Assembly (NCBI GenBank): GCA_030295235.1
Contig: AP026124.1
Span: 1,798,001 to 1,862,000 of the forward strand
Origin: Fistulifera solaris
Taxonomy: Eukaryota
Length of the DNA stretch: 64,000 nt
Direction: 5' to 3'
The notes beneath the pieces are model-generated. The model was not told the origin of the DNA. It saw only the letters and a list, made by a program, of their open reading frames with translations, and searched no databases. Shown here in pieces: positions 11,328 to 21,671 of this stretch. The position numbers were made by a program, and so were the translations under genes. Each line of letters begins with the position of its first letter. Position 1 is the first letter of the stretch.

Positions 11328-11850
11328 TATCCAGAAAATCTGGGTAATTGGTATTTTGACATTTCCAGAAAATCTGAGAGTGTGGTACTTTGACGTATCC
11401 AGAAAATCTGGGAGTCATTACCTTGACGTATCCAGAAAATCTGGGAGTCATTATCTTGACGTATCCAGAAAATCTAGGGGTGTGATACTTTGACGTATCC
11501 AGAAAATCTGGGATTCAGTATCTTAGACGTATCCAGAAAATCTGGGATTCATTATCTTGACGTATCCAGAAAATCTAGGGGTGTGATACTTTGACGTATC
11601 CAGAAAATCTGGGCTTCAGTATCTTAGACGTATCCAGAAAATCTGGGATTCATTATCTTGACGTATCCAGAAAATCTAGGGGTGTGATACTTTGACGTAT
11701 CCAGAAAATCTGGGCTTCAGTATCTTGGACGTATCCAGAAAATGTGGGAGTTTGGTACTTTGAAGTATCCAGAAAATCTGGAGGAGTGGTATTTTGACAT
11801 GTCCAGAAAATCTGGGAGTCAGCTATTTCGAAGTATCCAAAAATCTGGGA
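11328..11850. repeat. Tandem minisatellite, 16 units of 33-34 bp with core GACGTATCCAGAAAATCTGG and a 101-bp higher-order trimer
   Basis: Cores at about 11331, 11365, 11399, 11432, 11465, 11499 ... 11837; the TAGGGGTGTGATAC variant recurs in the units at 11465, 11566 and 11667. Confidence 0.95.
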
Positions 11851-12450
11851 GATTTACTGTACCAGTGGTATTTTCACGTGTCGAGAAAATATTGGCATTT
11901 GGTATTCTGATGCATAGTATTACCAGGTACAAGTACAGATGGAAACGACAGGTCACACTAGGATTGTTTGACTAACTCTCGACCATCCATAACGCGATTT
12001 CGTTGAATTCTTCTGTGCTGTTGCCTGTTCCATGATGATAATTGATGGATTGAATTACTCAACCCGCCCTCCTCTCATTGGCGATTCTCGAATGCAGTCC
12101 CGGAAATCGTTGCCCACTTTACATACTGCTGCTATGGGATTAAATTTCATCTGCTGCACTCTTTGGAGAGACCGTATGGCAGTTCGATGTGTAATGCGTG
12201 ATTTGGTTATGCTGTAAGCTATCTCTTGTTTCCCTTCGTTACTGCTGAGATTGGCTTAGTACTGACGTCTGTGGACTTTCTTACAAAACTATCGCGACTA
12301 CAGCCTTATTTTCACTACGGTATGCAGTGCTCGAGCACTTTATTTGCTAATTCTAAAAGGTAGCGACTTTTGTGGAAAAAATTTTCAATGCAATATTGAA
12401 GCCGCTTGACAACCGCTTCATCTAACATTTCAACGTTTTCCATCCTGCTC

Positions 12451-13539
12451 TTATCGAGTGATTTTTTCCACTTCTTCAAATTGACGTACTGATTGAAATC
12501 CAATCGACACACCCGAAGGATCGACTAACCGTGGCACATCGTCCTCATCCGCATCCGGCAAGGGGTTGTAGACCAGATTCAGCCCCTCGACGACGGGACT
12601 GATCGTCGGTTGTTTCTTTCGCTTCTGTGTCGGAAGTAGCAAAACACCCATACAATTTGCCGAGGGTGCCATATACACCGATTTAGCTGGCTGCGGAGGC
12701 TCAAACTGTCCCATACCCTTCGAGGGTCGTGCGTACGGATACTCCTGTTCGACAAATCCCAATTGTTGATAAAAGGCTCGACTTTCCTCCACATTCGTAC
12801 AACGAATCGCCACAAACATGATCGGGTCCGGCACAAGTCCCACAATACCTCGAATCGGTAGTCCCGATGGTGAAATGACATTGACGTAACCGTAGGCGTC
12901 CAAAATATTCCCACCTGACTTGACCATTTGGGAGATTCGATACTCGGGTACACCGAGTTGTAGATAGGCAATGTTCTCTCCCGGTGGTGTCGAATCACCC
13001 ACTCGGTACAAGGGGTTGGTGATGCTTTTGTCGTACACAATATGAATGGAAGCATGGCCACCGTAAGATGCCAACGATGAAACGGGAGGTTGAAAGTCGT
13101 CGGGGATACTGAGCTGCTCTGGACCAAAGCCCATCCATGTTTCTTCAATCGGACCACGGATCCGACGACGAAGTACTTGACATTCAAAACCATTTTCTAA
13201 AAATTGGATCATACTGTCCAGTTGGGATTGATCCGCCACTTTGATGGTAATGCCTTGCAAAATGGCGTTGTCGTTGGCGAAGTCGGGGAGTGTTCCGACG
13301 GCCGCAGTCGATGGTAGAGCCGCACTGGCGGCAAGTCCGGCAGCTATAGATGAAATGACTTGTCGTCGGGAGAATGCCGAGTCTTTTGTTGGAATGTCGT
13401 GATTGCTATTGCTAGCTAGTCTGCTTGTGACCATTGGACAACTGGCCGAGTGATGTGTTGCGCTAAATGACCATGGATGCGCGTGCGGAAATAGGAAACT
13501 GACAAGCGCAATTCCTCTCAAAAGAAATGAATCTTTCAT
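12451..13539 (-). CDS. Glyoxalase/VOC-fold protein with signal peptide and twin-arginine motif (probable thylakoid lumen protein)
   Basis: Signal peptide, Ser-rich transit region, FSRRQVISSIAAGLAASAALPSTAA; VOC-like FVAIRCTNVEESRAFYQQLGF, DPSG. Confidence 0.7.
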   Translation of the reverse strand: MKDSFLLRGIALVSFLFPHAHPWSFSATHHSASCPMVTSRLASNSNHDIPTKDSAFSRRQVISSIAAGLAASAALPSTAAVGTLPDFANDNAILQGITIKVADQSQLDSMIQFLENGFECQVLRRRIRGPIEETWMGFGPEQLSIPDDFQPPVSSLASYGGHASIHIVYDKSITNPLYRVGDSTPPGENIAYLQLGVPEYRISQMVKSGGNILDAYGYVNVISPSGLPIRGIVGLVPDPIMFVAIRCTNVEESRAFYQQLGFVEQEYPYARPSKGMGQFEPPQPAKSVYMAPSANCMGVLLLPTQKRKKQPTISPVVEGLNLVYNPLPDADEDDVPRLVDPSGVSIGFQSVRQFEEVEKITR

Positions 13540-13743
13540 TACTATTTATAATGTTGACGCGAAAAGTAAGAATTGATACTGTTATTGTGAATGATAATGA
13601 TGATGATGTGTCAACACAAAAAAATCCGATCGAACGAAAAGACGCGACGGCGAGGTGCGCACATGCGTGGAATCATGACTGAAATGCCGTCGGAGTCCTG
13701 TCCGGTCTACACATTGGCATACAGTGCAATTTTCGTTGCGAAG

Positions 13744-14181
13744 ACGTCACGAGCTTTGGAATCAAAAGTCACCCAAAGTAACTAGCTCTCAGAAGCAACG
13801 CTATCGATGGAAACATTATTTCTTTTCGGGAGTGTTGACTAGACTAGTGGTGCACAACTTTACGTTCAAAATCTGTTTGTCTCGGGACTGAAATCCAGTC
13901 GTGAAAAAAGGTCGTCTACACGTTGCATTATAGTCAATCTTCAACGACAAGCTCTAAGATAACGTCGCGAGCTTTTGGAATCAAAAGTCACCCAAAGTAA
14001 CTAGCTCTCAGAAGCATCGCTATCGATGGAAACATTATTTCTTTTCGGGAGTGTTGACTAGACTAGTTGTGCACAACTTTACGTTCAAAATCTGTTTTTC
14101 TCGGGACTGAAATCCAGTCGTGAAAAAAGGTCGTCTACACGTTGCATTATAGTCAATCTTCAACGACAAGCTCTAAGATAA
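13744..14181. repeat. Near-perfect tandem duplication of about 218 bp in a divergent promoter
   Basis: 13744..13961 and 13962..14181 differ by only a few bases; diverged partial third copy at about 14298..14355. Confidence 0.95.
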
Positions 14182-14483
14182 GTCCTTCGAGATCGGTCCG
14201 CATAAATCGCCTATTCAAAACGTAACATTTTCACAGCACGTGTTGCAACATTCTCCTATAAAAGAGTCGCTTAAAACACAAAGCGGAAGTTACCTATGAA
14301 AATCTGTTGGTCTCTTGACTCATGACTGAAATCCAGTCAAGGAAAGGTCGTCTGCCATCTACATTTAGAAACTATTGTGCTTATTTTTTTGAGGTGCAGC
14401 TTTTTTCACGAAAAAAAAGACGCAATCATAGTTCAATGCTAATCAATCCTACGCAATTGAGCACGGCATTGTAAACAGTCAAC

Positions 14484-16288
14484 ATGGAAACAGACAATAC
14501 AGCAAACCGTAAACGCAAGCAGTCAGCGGTCGATGACGACGTGACGAACCAAACGTGTCCTTACTTGGATACCGTGCAACGATCGCTGCTGGATTTTGAT
14601 TTAGAACCGGCTTGCAGTATCACGTTAGAAACAGGTCCGCACATTTATGGCTGTCTGGTGTGCGGAAAATTCTTTCGCGGCCGAGGACGACAAACACCCG
14701 CGTACACGCATGCGGTTGAAGAATCGCATTTTGTATTTGTGCATTTGAACAAAAGGACCTTTCACTGTCTTCCGGACGATTACGAAATTCACGACACTTC
14801 CTTGTCCGATATTCGGGCGGCTTTACATCCCCAATTCACTCCCGAACAAATTGAATCGCTCGATTTGAACACACAACTCAGTCGCGACTTGTTGGGACGA
14901 CGGTATTTGCCCGGATTCATCGGACTCAACAATCTGCATAAGACGGATTGTATTAATGCCGTTGTGCAAGCACTAGCACATGTACCGCCGTTGCGGGATT
15001 ATTTCTTGCGGCAAGCGGAGATCAATAACACGAATAATATACACAAGCATCGCCTGGCGTATCATGTTACCGAATGCTTTGGGGAGTTGGTGCGCAAAAT
15101 GTGGAGTGATACCCGTTTCAAAAGTCACGTCGATCCCCATCGACTGGTACAAGCAGTGGCGGCAGCCTCCAAAACAAAATTTCCTGTCGGGCAACAAGCC
15201 GAAGCGGGGGAACTGGTGGCTTGGTTACTGCATCAACTTCATTTGGGGACAGGAGGGAATTTGAACATGAACAGCAAAAAGAAATCGAAGCAACAGAGTA
15301 TTATTCAAAAAGTATTCCAGGGAGAAGTCATGGTGGTTACGCGACAAGCGGCCCGATCGGGTAATCATCGTGTCAAAGAGTCGGAAACGGAACGTTCTGA
15401 CGACAGGGAAGGGAGTGGTGACGAAGAAGAGGAACCAGAAATGCTGAATGGTGATGTTCCCACAGTTCCGGCTCCAAAAGTTGAAGAAACCACCACTACG
15501 AGCAGCTTTCTGCAATTAACACTCGATATCCCGGAGAAGCCACTCTTTCGTGACGAAAATGGTGGTTTGGTGATTCCGCAGGAACCACTTTCTTCCGTTT
15601 TGAGAAAATTCGACGGCGTTTCCTTTTGGGATGCTGTCAGTGCTTCGGGAGTTGTGCAACGAAAGCAGTATCGGCTACTTCGACTACCAAACTATTTAAT
15701 CCTGCATTTGGCACGCTTCAAGACAAATCAGTACAGTCGAGAGAAAAATCCAACCATAGTTGCTTTTCCTGTCAAGAATCTCGATTTGAGTGACTATGTG
15801 AAACCAGTGGAGGGCAAACCAAAGCTTCCCACCGAAGCTGAAGTGAGACGTATGAATGTAAGTGCTACCAAGTCATGCTAGATTTATGTTCGCGGACTAT
15901 CTAATTGCTCCTGTAATTGCAGGTGGCGGAGCTAAAGGACCTAATGCATAAGCACGGACAAAGTGAGGTTGTAAAGGGCGCTCTGGAAAAGAGTAAATTG
16001 CTGGATCTTGTTCTCGATTTTGTTGTGAAGCGGCTCCCGGATCTGCTTGCCGACAAATACGATCTTATCGCAAACATTACCCACGAGAGTCCAGTGGACG
16101 TGGGACGAGAGGGAAAGCACGATCCTCTGCAAGAGGGATCTTACAAATGTCATATTCAACACCGTGGTGCAAATCAGTGGTATGAAATGCAAGATCTGCA
16201 CGTGCAAGAAATTATGCCCCAGCAGATTGGTCTTTCCGAAAGTTACGTACTCATTTTTGAGCGCAAATCAGCACAAAAGATGTCGTAG
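14484..16288 (+). CDS. USP39: U4/U6.U5 tri-snRNP protein USP39/Sad1 (inactive ubiquitin-specific protease)
   Basis: CPYLDTV..LDFD, ZnF-UBP (CLVCGKFFRGRG), YLPGFIGLNN..D (Asp for catalytic Cys), EKNPTIVAFP, YDLIANITH, WYEMQDLHV, LSESY; intron 15858..15922. Confidence 0.95.
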
Positions 16289-16348
16289 GATAAATTTAAG
16301 AAGAAATAATGCAATCCACTTCGAGTTAGAACTAAGTACAAACATTGG

Positions 16349-17506
16349 TTACACCTCAGCATAAGCGACAACATCTGGATCGTTATTAGTCAGCTCCTCA
16401 TCCTCTGACATTTTGTCCAAGTCATTTCTTGTCACTGAGCTTTCTTTTTTGGATTGGGCAGGAGAAGGTTTCGTAGGTTTATTTTTGAGAATTACATCAG
16501 TTGGTTGCCAATGAGAGGGCAAGAAATACTTATACAAATGCCAAAGTTTGTAAAGGTCCTCCACATCCGTATTGTGCGTGCGTAGCCATGTCGTCATCCC
16601 TTGTTGACAATTATTCGGGTCGGTTATCTCCTTGGATACCCTGGAAGGCGGTCGTGTCGTTGGTAAGCTACCCAGCGGATTCACATAAGAAGGTGTCTGA
16701 GAAGCCATCAACTTCATTATTGCTTCGGTCGGTGGCAGCGTCCATTCCTCCGAGGAAACTCGCTGATCTTCGATGTGTCGACAACGATGCACGTGCATTT
16801 CCGCCAAAGGAACTAGGGATGCTGTCAACATTTCTTCTACGATTACACCCAACGCAACCAAAGCCGAAGTATCGAGTGATTCCCAACACACGTCCTTGTG
16901 CAGCTCCATTTCTTTCCCGTTGCGGACAATCTCTTTTTCTAGAATTTTCACAAAACAGTCGTGCAAATACCGCAAGACTGATGGTCGGATTGGAATGTTC
17001 GGTAGCGCTCTCAGCATATTGGGAGGAGATGAGGATGATGAAAAGTCAGCAAAGGATAGCTTCTTCAAAGGTATTTTGACTTTTCTAGGTCGTTTTCGCT
17101 TTTTTGTGACCTGATCCACTTTCATCTGCCTCGACAGATCATTTTGTGCAGAAAACTTATTATGCTTCCCCTCAAGAGATGAAGACACGGAAGAGTTGTC
17201 TTGTATTCCTTCTCCTCGATCCGATTGTTTCGAGCTCTCAACCGGTAACTCAGAACCATTATGTTTTGGAAAGGATGGGGCCTTTTTCGGAGCATATGGA
17301 CCGTCCATGTGAATAGCCCAGCCAATTAGTTCCTCGGCATTATCGTGAATCAGAGTTTGCTGCCCATCGTCAAGCAATAGATCCCAATTACTCTCAAGGT
17401 ATGACGCCGTCCCCGTAAAGTCATTCGTAATATTAGTTCCTCTCCGTTTGGGAGGAGGAACTTCCGCTTTCTCTTCTTCATCTGTATGCGCTGTACTCAT
17501 TTCCAA
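16349..17506 (-). CDS. Hypothetical nuclear protein with an Rrn10-like segment
   Basis: 385-aa ORF with basic NLS-like stretches (KKRKRPRK); ESLDTSALVALGVIVEEML recalls the Pol I factor UAF Rrn10 motif (weak). Confidence 0.45.
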   Translation of the reverse strand: MEMSTAHTDEEEKAEVPPPKRRGTNITNDFTGTASYLESNWDLLLDDGQQTLIHDNAEELIGWAIHMDGPYAPKKAPSFPKHNGSELPVESSKQSDRGEGIQDNSSVSSSLEGKHNKFSAQNDLSRQMKVDQVTKKRKRPRKVKIPLKKLSFADFSSSSSPPNMLRALPNIPIRPSVLRYLHDCFVKILEKEIVRNGKEMELHKDVCWESLDTSALVALGVIVEEMLTASLVPLAEMHVHRCRHIEDQRVSSEEWTLPPTEAIMKLMASQTPSYVNPLGSLPTTRPPSRVSKEITDPNNCQQGMTTWLRTHNTDVEDLYKLWHLYKYFLPSHWQPTDVILKNKPTKPSPAQSKKESSVTRNDLDKMSEDEELTNNDPDVVAYAEV

Positions 17507-17687
17507 GAAAAAGGGCTACGGTCTATAATTACTCCTTTCAAACCTTTTGCTCTGGCTTCGCGACAAAATTTTTTGAAATGCAACCATTCATTTTTCGAAA
17601 AACGTCTCGTCGTCTCATGACTCACGACTGCAATCCAGTCTTGGTTCACCGCACGTTTTGAAAACGACGAAGCCTGAAATTCGTCAC

Positions 17688-17995
17688 GAGTTTCTGGAGA
17701 GTACACAGAGTTTCTGTATATCTAAAATCAAATTTGTCCAGAATTTCTGGAACGTTCTCAGAAATGCTGTATGATCAAACACACTGTATCCAGAATTTCT
17801 GGAATTTACACAGAGTTTCTGTATGTACAAACACACCGTCCCCAGAATCTCTGTAACACAGAGTTTCTGTATATCTAACACTCCCTCTCCAGAATTTCTG
17901 GAACGTACTCAGAAATGCTGTAGGATCAAATATACATATGCAGAGTTTCTGTTAAATAAAGACACCTTGACCAGAATTTCTGGAGCGTACACGGC
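17688..17995. repeat. Diverged tandem array alternating CCAGAATTTCTGG and CAGAGTTTCTG palindromic cores
   Basis: About 12 CAGA-N3/4-(T)CTG cores; internal duplication of about 17703-17790 at about 17856-17930. Confidence 0.85.
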
Positions 17996-18122
17996 AACGT
18001 AATAAGCATTTTTGAAGTCATGTCGTACTATATTCACAAAATGGTCCATTGTTGTCCATTGCACGCTAATAAAGAAGCTTTAACTAATGATTTGCTGCCT
18101 TCGTTAATCGTTCTTTAGCGCG

Positions 18123-19080
18123 CTATAGCAGATACTTATAGAAAGCACCATCGCCATTCTGTTTTTCAACACGTTCTATGATTTCCGATCGATTTAACCA
18201 TGCGAAATCCGTTACTTTTTTGAGTTCCAAGCTTCACGATACCCTCATCGTACTGAACCTTGATAAAGAATGTTTTGTTACCGTACTGCTGCTCCTTTTG
18301 CTGTTGTTCCGCAGAAAATGCCATCATTTCCACAGCCACTGGACAGTTGGAGGGGCACCAAAATTCCAGTTCTTCTCCCACTGCTTCCGGAATGGCTCGC
18401 TTGGCTGCATCTAGCAACATCTCATCGTCCTTCAACGCCACAGTGGGAAATTTCCATATTGAGTCTTCTTGCACAGTGAGATAGATGCTCGTCTTGAGCT
18501 TACGATCTGTAGTTCGAACATCACCGTTCTTATCAGCTTCTGTGATACGAGGTGCTGGAGTAAACCCTTTAACCTTTTCAAGATACTCTAAAATATCATC
18601 ATTCCTCGTCAAGTTGGTTTCCTGGGCTGAATGCTCTGGTGCAGATGGGAAAAGCCCTTTCGGATAGTCCTTCCCGAACTGCTGCAATTGATTTTGCAAA
18701 TCCTCGAACTCCATTTCCCATTCCTCCTGATCTGGAAGCACAACATTCAGTCGTTCAATAATAACAGCCACATGAATCTTCCAGCCCAAACCAGCTTGAC
18801 GGGCTTTTCGTTCCATGTACTCGTCGTTCACTTTCTTTTGAATGAACCACGAACGAAATTCATTCCGCTTCTCTCCGCGGGGTTTCGAAACTCTTCGAGC
18901 TTTCACCTGTTCTTTGCGCTGCTGCGTCTGCTCGTATAACTCCGTTCGGCGTTGCTTCTGGGCCTTCTTTTGTTCAACCCAACGCGGTGCGTCCGTGGCA
19001 GCGAAATTGCGGACGAGCATCGGTCGTTGGGCCAATTTGGTATGCCTCGAAGCCGCAGCAATTACTGATCTCATTCTCAA
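18123..19080 (-). CDS. MRPL46: Mitochondrial ribosomal protein mL46 (frameshift near 18218)
   Basis: PAPRITEADKNGDVRTTDRKL, WKFP, KTFF; removing one A from the A-run restores QKVTDFAWLNRSEI..YKYLL*; Arg-rich mitochondrial presequence. Confidence 0.88.
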
Positions 19081-19484
19081 TATGAAACAAGGAAAGATAT
19101 GTTGGAGGTGAAGAAAGATTATTGCTGATGATTGCTGTGTTTATTACTACGTATTATTATTTGTTTGATGTGGATGTGGATGTAGGCGGTAGGTGGATGG
19201 ACAGACCCTTTTAGTAACGAGGAACGAACCGAACTGCGATTGAAACCTACTTTGTAAGTAGTACTACTAGTACGAATATACGAGTCGGAACGGTACCCGT
19301 ATCTTAAGTGTGATTTACGGAGTGTGCGGAACGGATGAGAGGACGAGACGCGATGGCGCGACGCTACTGGTACGTCCTTTGGCGACGGCGACGATTATTA
19401 TTTTTTTTTCTTTGAAACGCATTAACAAGCGTATTGGTAGGGTGAAGAAGCTGGTGGTAGAAAATCTGCTTATGTATTGTCAAC

Positions 19485-20684
19485 ATGTCCAGGCAACAGG
19501 AGCAGAGTTCTTCGTCGAGCGGAATTGCTAGCAGCTCGGCAACAGCCGTCGATCAAGCAGAACAAGCTTTCGTGCAACGATCATTCAAACGTGCGTTGCA
19601 TCTTTCGAATCAGTTCCTGCTCGAGAAGAGAGATGAGGAAGCGAGCGATCGAAAATTTGATAGCTCTGATGACCTAATTCGAATTGAAGTCGATTGTAGG
19701 AATGATCCTGTTTTTCCTTGGCACCGTGTTGACGATGACCTTCAAGGTTACGAGCTGAAGATTGATCTTACAGCAAATCCAGATCCTCAAAACCGGGCGA
19801 TGGCCGTAGCACTACAAAGCTGGTTTGAAATATCGCGAAATGTTGAGGAAGATGGTAGTCATTACTTAGTGCCATTTAGTCGGGCTCTGACAGGGGTTCC
19901 GGTGACAGTGGATTTGCTTCTTATTTTGCTGAGATTTTACATGCAAATGGGAAAGCCTGGTTGGTCGATTCATGTGGCAACATCGTGTTTGTCTCAATGT
20001 CGATGCTCTCGACTTTTTCTTCGAAGCAGAAAAAACACGGCATTAGAAGATTCTTTGAAAGAGTTGTCCGATATTCTTTTATCAGAACTGCTTCCGTTCC
20101 ATCCTGGTGTCATTCGCTCGGTTGTCGATCAACTGCTTTACGATGACATAAAAGAGTACCGACCAGAGCAAATGACTCATAGCACCTGGAAGGTAACATC
20201 TGTGGCACTGCGAAAGGAAACGATAAAAACGTTGACGGCCGTGTTGGATCCTAAAGTATTGCTAAGACAGTCAGGCGATGCAGAATGGTTCAAAACATCC
20301 TTGCAAGCAAATTTTACGCACTGGAAAACTCAACTTACAGAACTTGAGAAGGACGACGAAGATAAAGCGAAAAGTTCGATTCTTGTGAGAGCACGGAAGC
20401 ATTTCGATCAGTCTTCGCTGACATCACTTTCATCTCGAGTCGAAACCCAGTATCTGCATCTACTACAGCGACTGAAGAGGGTACTTGTCGAATTTCAAAC
20501 GACTTTGCAGAATGGAACTCTAAACAACTACCAGCTTGGGGGAGCGGCTACGGCCTTTGGTTTGGCCGTTGTAGCCTATCGCTATCATCGGCAAAAGTTG
20601 CTTGCTCTTTTGCGTACAGCAATCTACGAAGCTCTCGTGCGCCCCGCCAAAGAAATTGGAGAAGCTCTCCAGCTTTCATCCTAG
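19485..20684 (+). CDS. Hypothetical tail-anchored helical protein, possibly PEX26/APEM9-like
   Basis: 399 aa; N-terminal AVDQAEQAFVQRSFKRAL, RAMAVALQSWFE; C-terminal TM GGAATAFGLAVVAY followed by basic residues. Confidence 0.45.
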   Translation: MSRQQEQSSSSSGIASSSATAVDQAEQAFVQRSFKRALHLSNQFLLEKRDEEASDRKFDSSDDLIRIEVDCRNDPVFPWHRVDDDLQGYELKIDLTANPDPQNRAMAVALQSWFEISRNVEEDGSHYLVPFSRALTGVPVTVDLLLILLRFYMQMGKPGWSIHVATSCLSQCRCSRLFLRSRKNTALEDSLKELSDILLSELLPFHPGVIRSVVDQLLYDDIKEYRPEQMTHSTWKVTSVALRKETIKTLTAVLDPKVLLRQSGDAEWFKTSLQANFTHWKTQLTELEKDDEDKAKSSILVRARKHFDQSSLTSLSSRVETQYLHLLQRLKRVLVEFQTTLQNGTLNNYQLGGAATAFGLAVVAYRYHRQKLLALLRTAIYEALVRPAKEIGEALQLSS

Positions 20685-20925
20685 ATTCATTAATTTTAAT
20701 TCATAAATAAGACGAAGCAATTGTCCAGTAGAGTTCTCCTTGTTGAGCGCCAGTTAATCTGTTTGCTTGTGCTTCAGATATTTTTAGATTCTTGTTAGGT
20801 TTTCAATCGTTATTTGTTTTTTGTCTTGCTGGTAAAATACTTCACGCGAGTATTAAGAATGATAATCCAATGTAATAATTGTACAATGAGTAAAATCAAC
20901 GCACAATGTATCATGCACAGTTATT

Positions 20926-21177
20926 TTAAGCCGACGCCATTTTCTTTTTCTGTTCCGTGCGGTCCAACCACGCAATGTATTCGCACTCTTCGTAGATATG
21001 GCGCTGATGCGTGCACTGTCCAGGATCAAAGAAGGTTTCCCGGCGGCATGAGTTGAGCTTGACCAACAAATGGGCGCAGTTGTCACGGAACGCCACCGGA
21101 ACGCGATGATCGGAAAGAGCCTTCAAGTCTTGATTCTTCTGCGGTGCAGCTTCGGGAGAATGACCGTGTCCGCCCAT
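20926..21177 (-). CDS. NDUFB7: Complex I subunit NDUFB7 (B18)
   Basis: Twin CX9C: VPVAFRDNCAHLLVKLNSCRR..CTHQRHIYEECEY; MG N-terminus. Confidence 0.93.
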   Translation of the reverse strand: MGGHGHSPEAAPQKNQDLKALSDHRVPVAFRDNCAHLLVKLNSCRRETFFDPGQCTHQRHIYEECEYIAWLDRTEQKKKMASA

Positions 21178-21671
21178 GATTTCGGATTTTCTTCAATCGT
21201 TTTACAAATGGTAAGGATAAGAAAAGATATGCAATGCCAAGAACTCTACATCAGCTCTTCGGATCATGAGAAAATGTCCGCTGCCGCTCAACGAGCAACG
21301 AGGGACCGCAACCCCAACGGACCTCGGTTGTTCCATCTTGGCGATGGGGGAGGCGGAGTCGGACCAGTCTTGGCCACGAGCCACGAACTATCACGTAGGC
21401 CGTAAAGACGCCGGGCGGCTTGAGAACGTACCTGGTACAGCGAATCAAAGAGTCTTCAAAGAGTCTCGAGTACCGCTTAAAATAACTTAGGTGTGGGGGT
21501 GGGGGTAGTGAATGCCGGATGGAGGAAGGACGACAACAGAAGCAAAGAACAGAGCAAAAACGCCGCAAACCGAAATACCAGTGCCAGTGCCAGGACCAGT
21601 GTAGCGGAATCGACAATGAGGATCGAACAAAATCATCATTGCCAGCTTATTAGCTTCACAGGTTATTTCAA

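Noticed and set aside
11328..11850. CRISPR-like array (palindromic repeat plus variable spacers)
   Set aside because: Spacers are only about 14 nt, homologous to each other and periodically repeated; no cas genes; eukaryotic context.
11233..11975. ORFs 11233..11493 and 11742..11975 with repeated DVSRKSG peptides
   Set aside because: By-products of the tandem repeat; unit lengths of 33/34 bp do not preserve frame.
13881..13905. GACTGAAATCCAGTC as a tRNA fragment or SECIS
   Set aside because: No D or T arms or acceptor stem; not in a 3' UTR and no in-frame TGA gene nearby.
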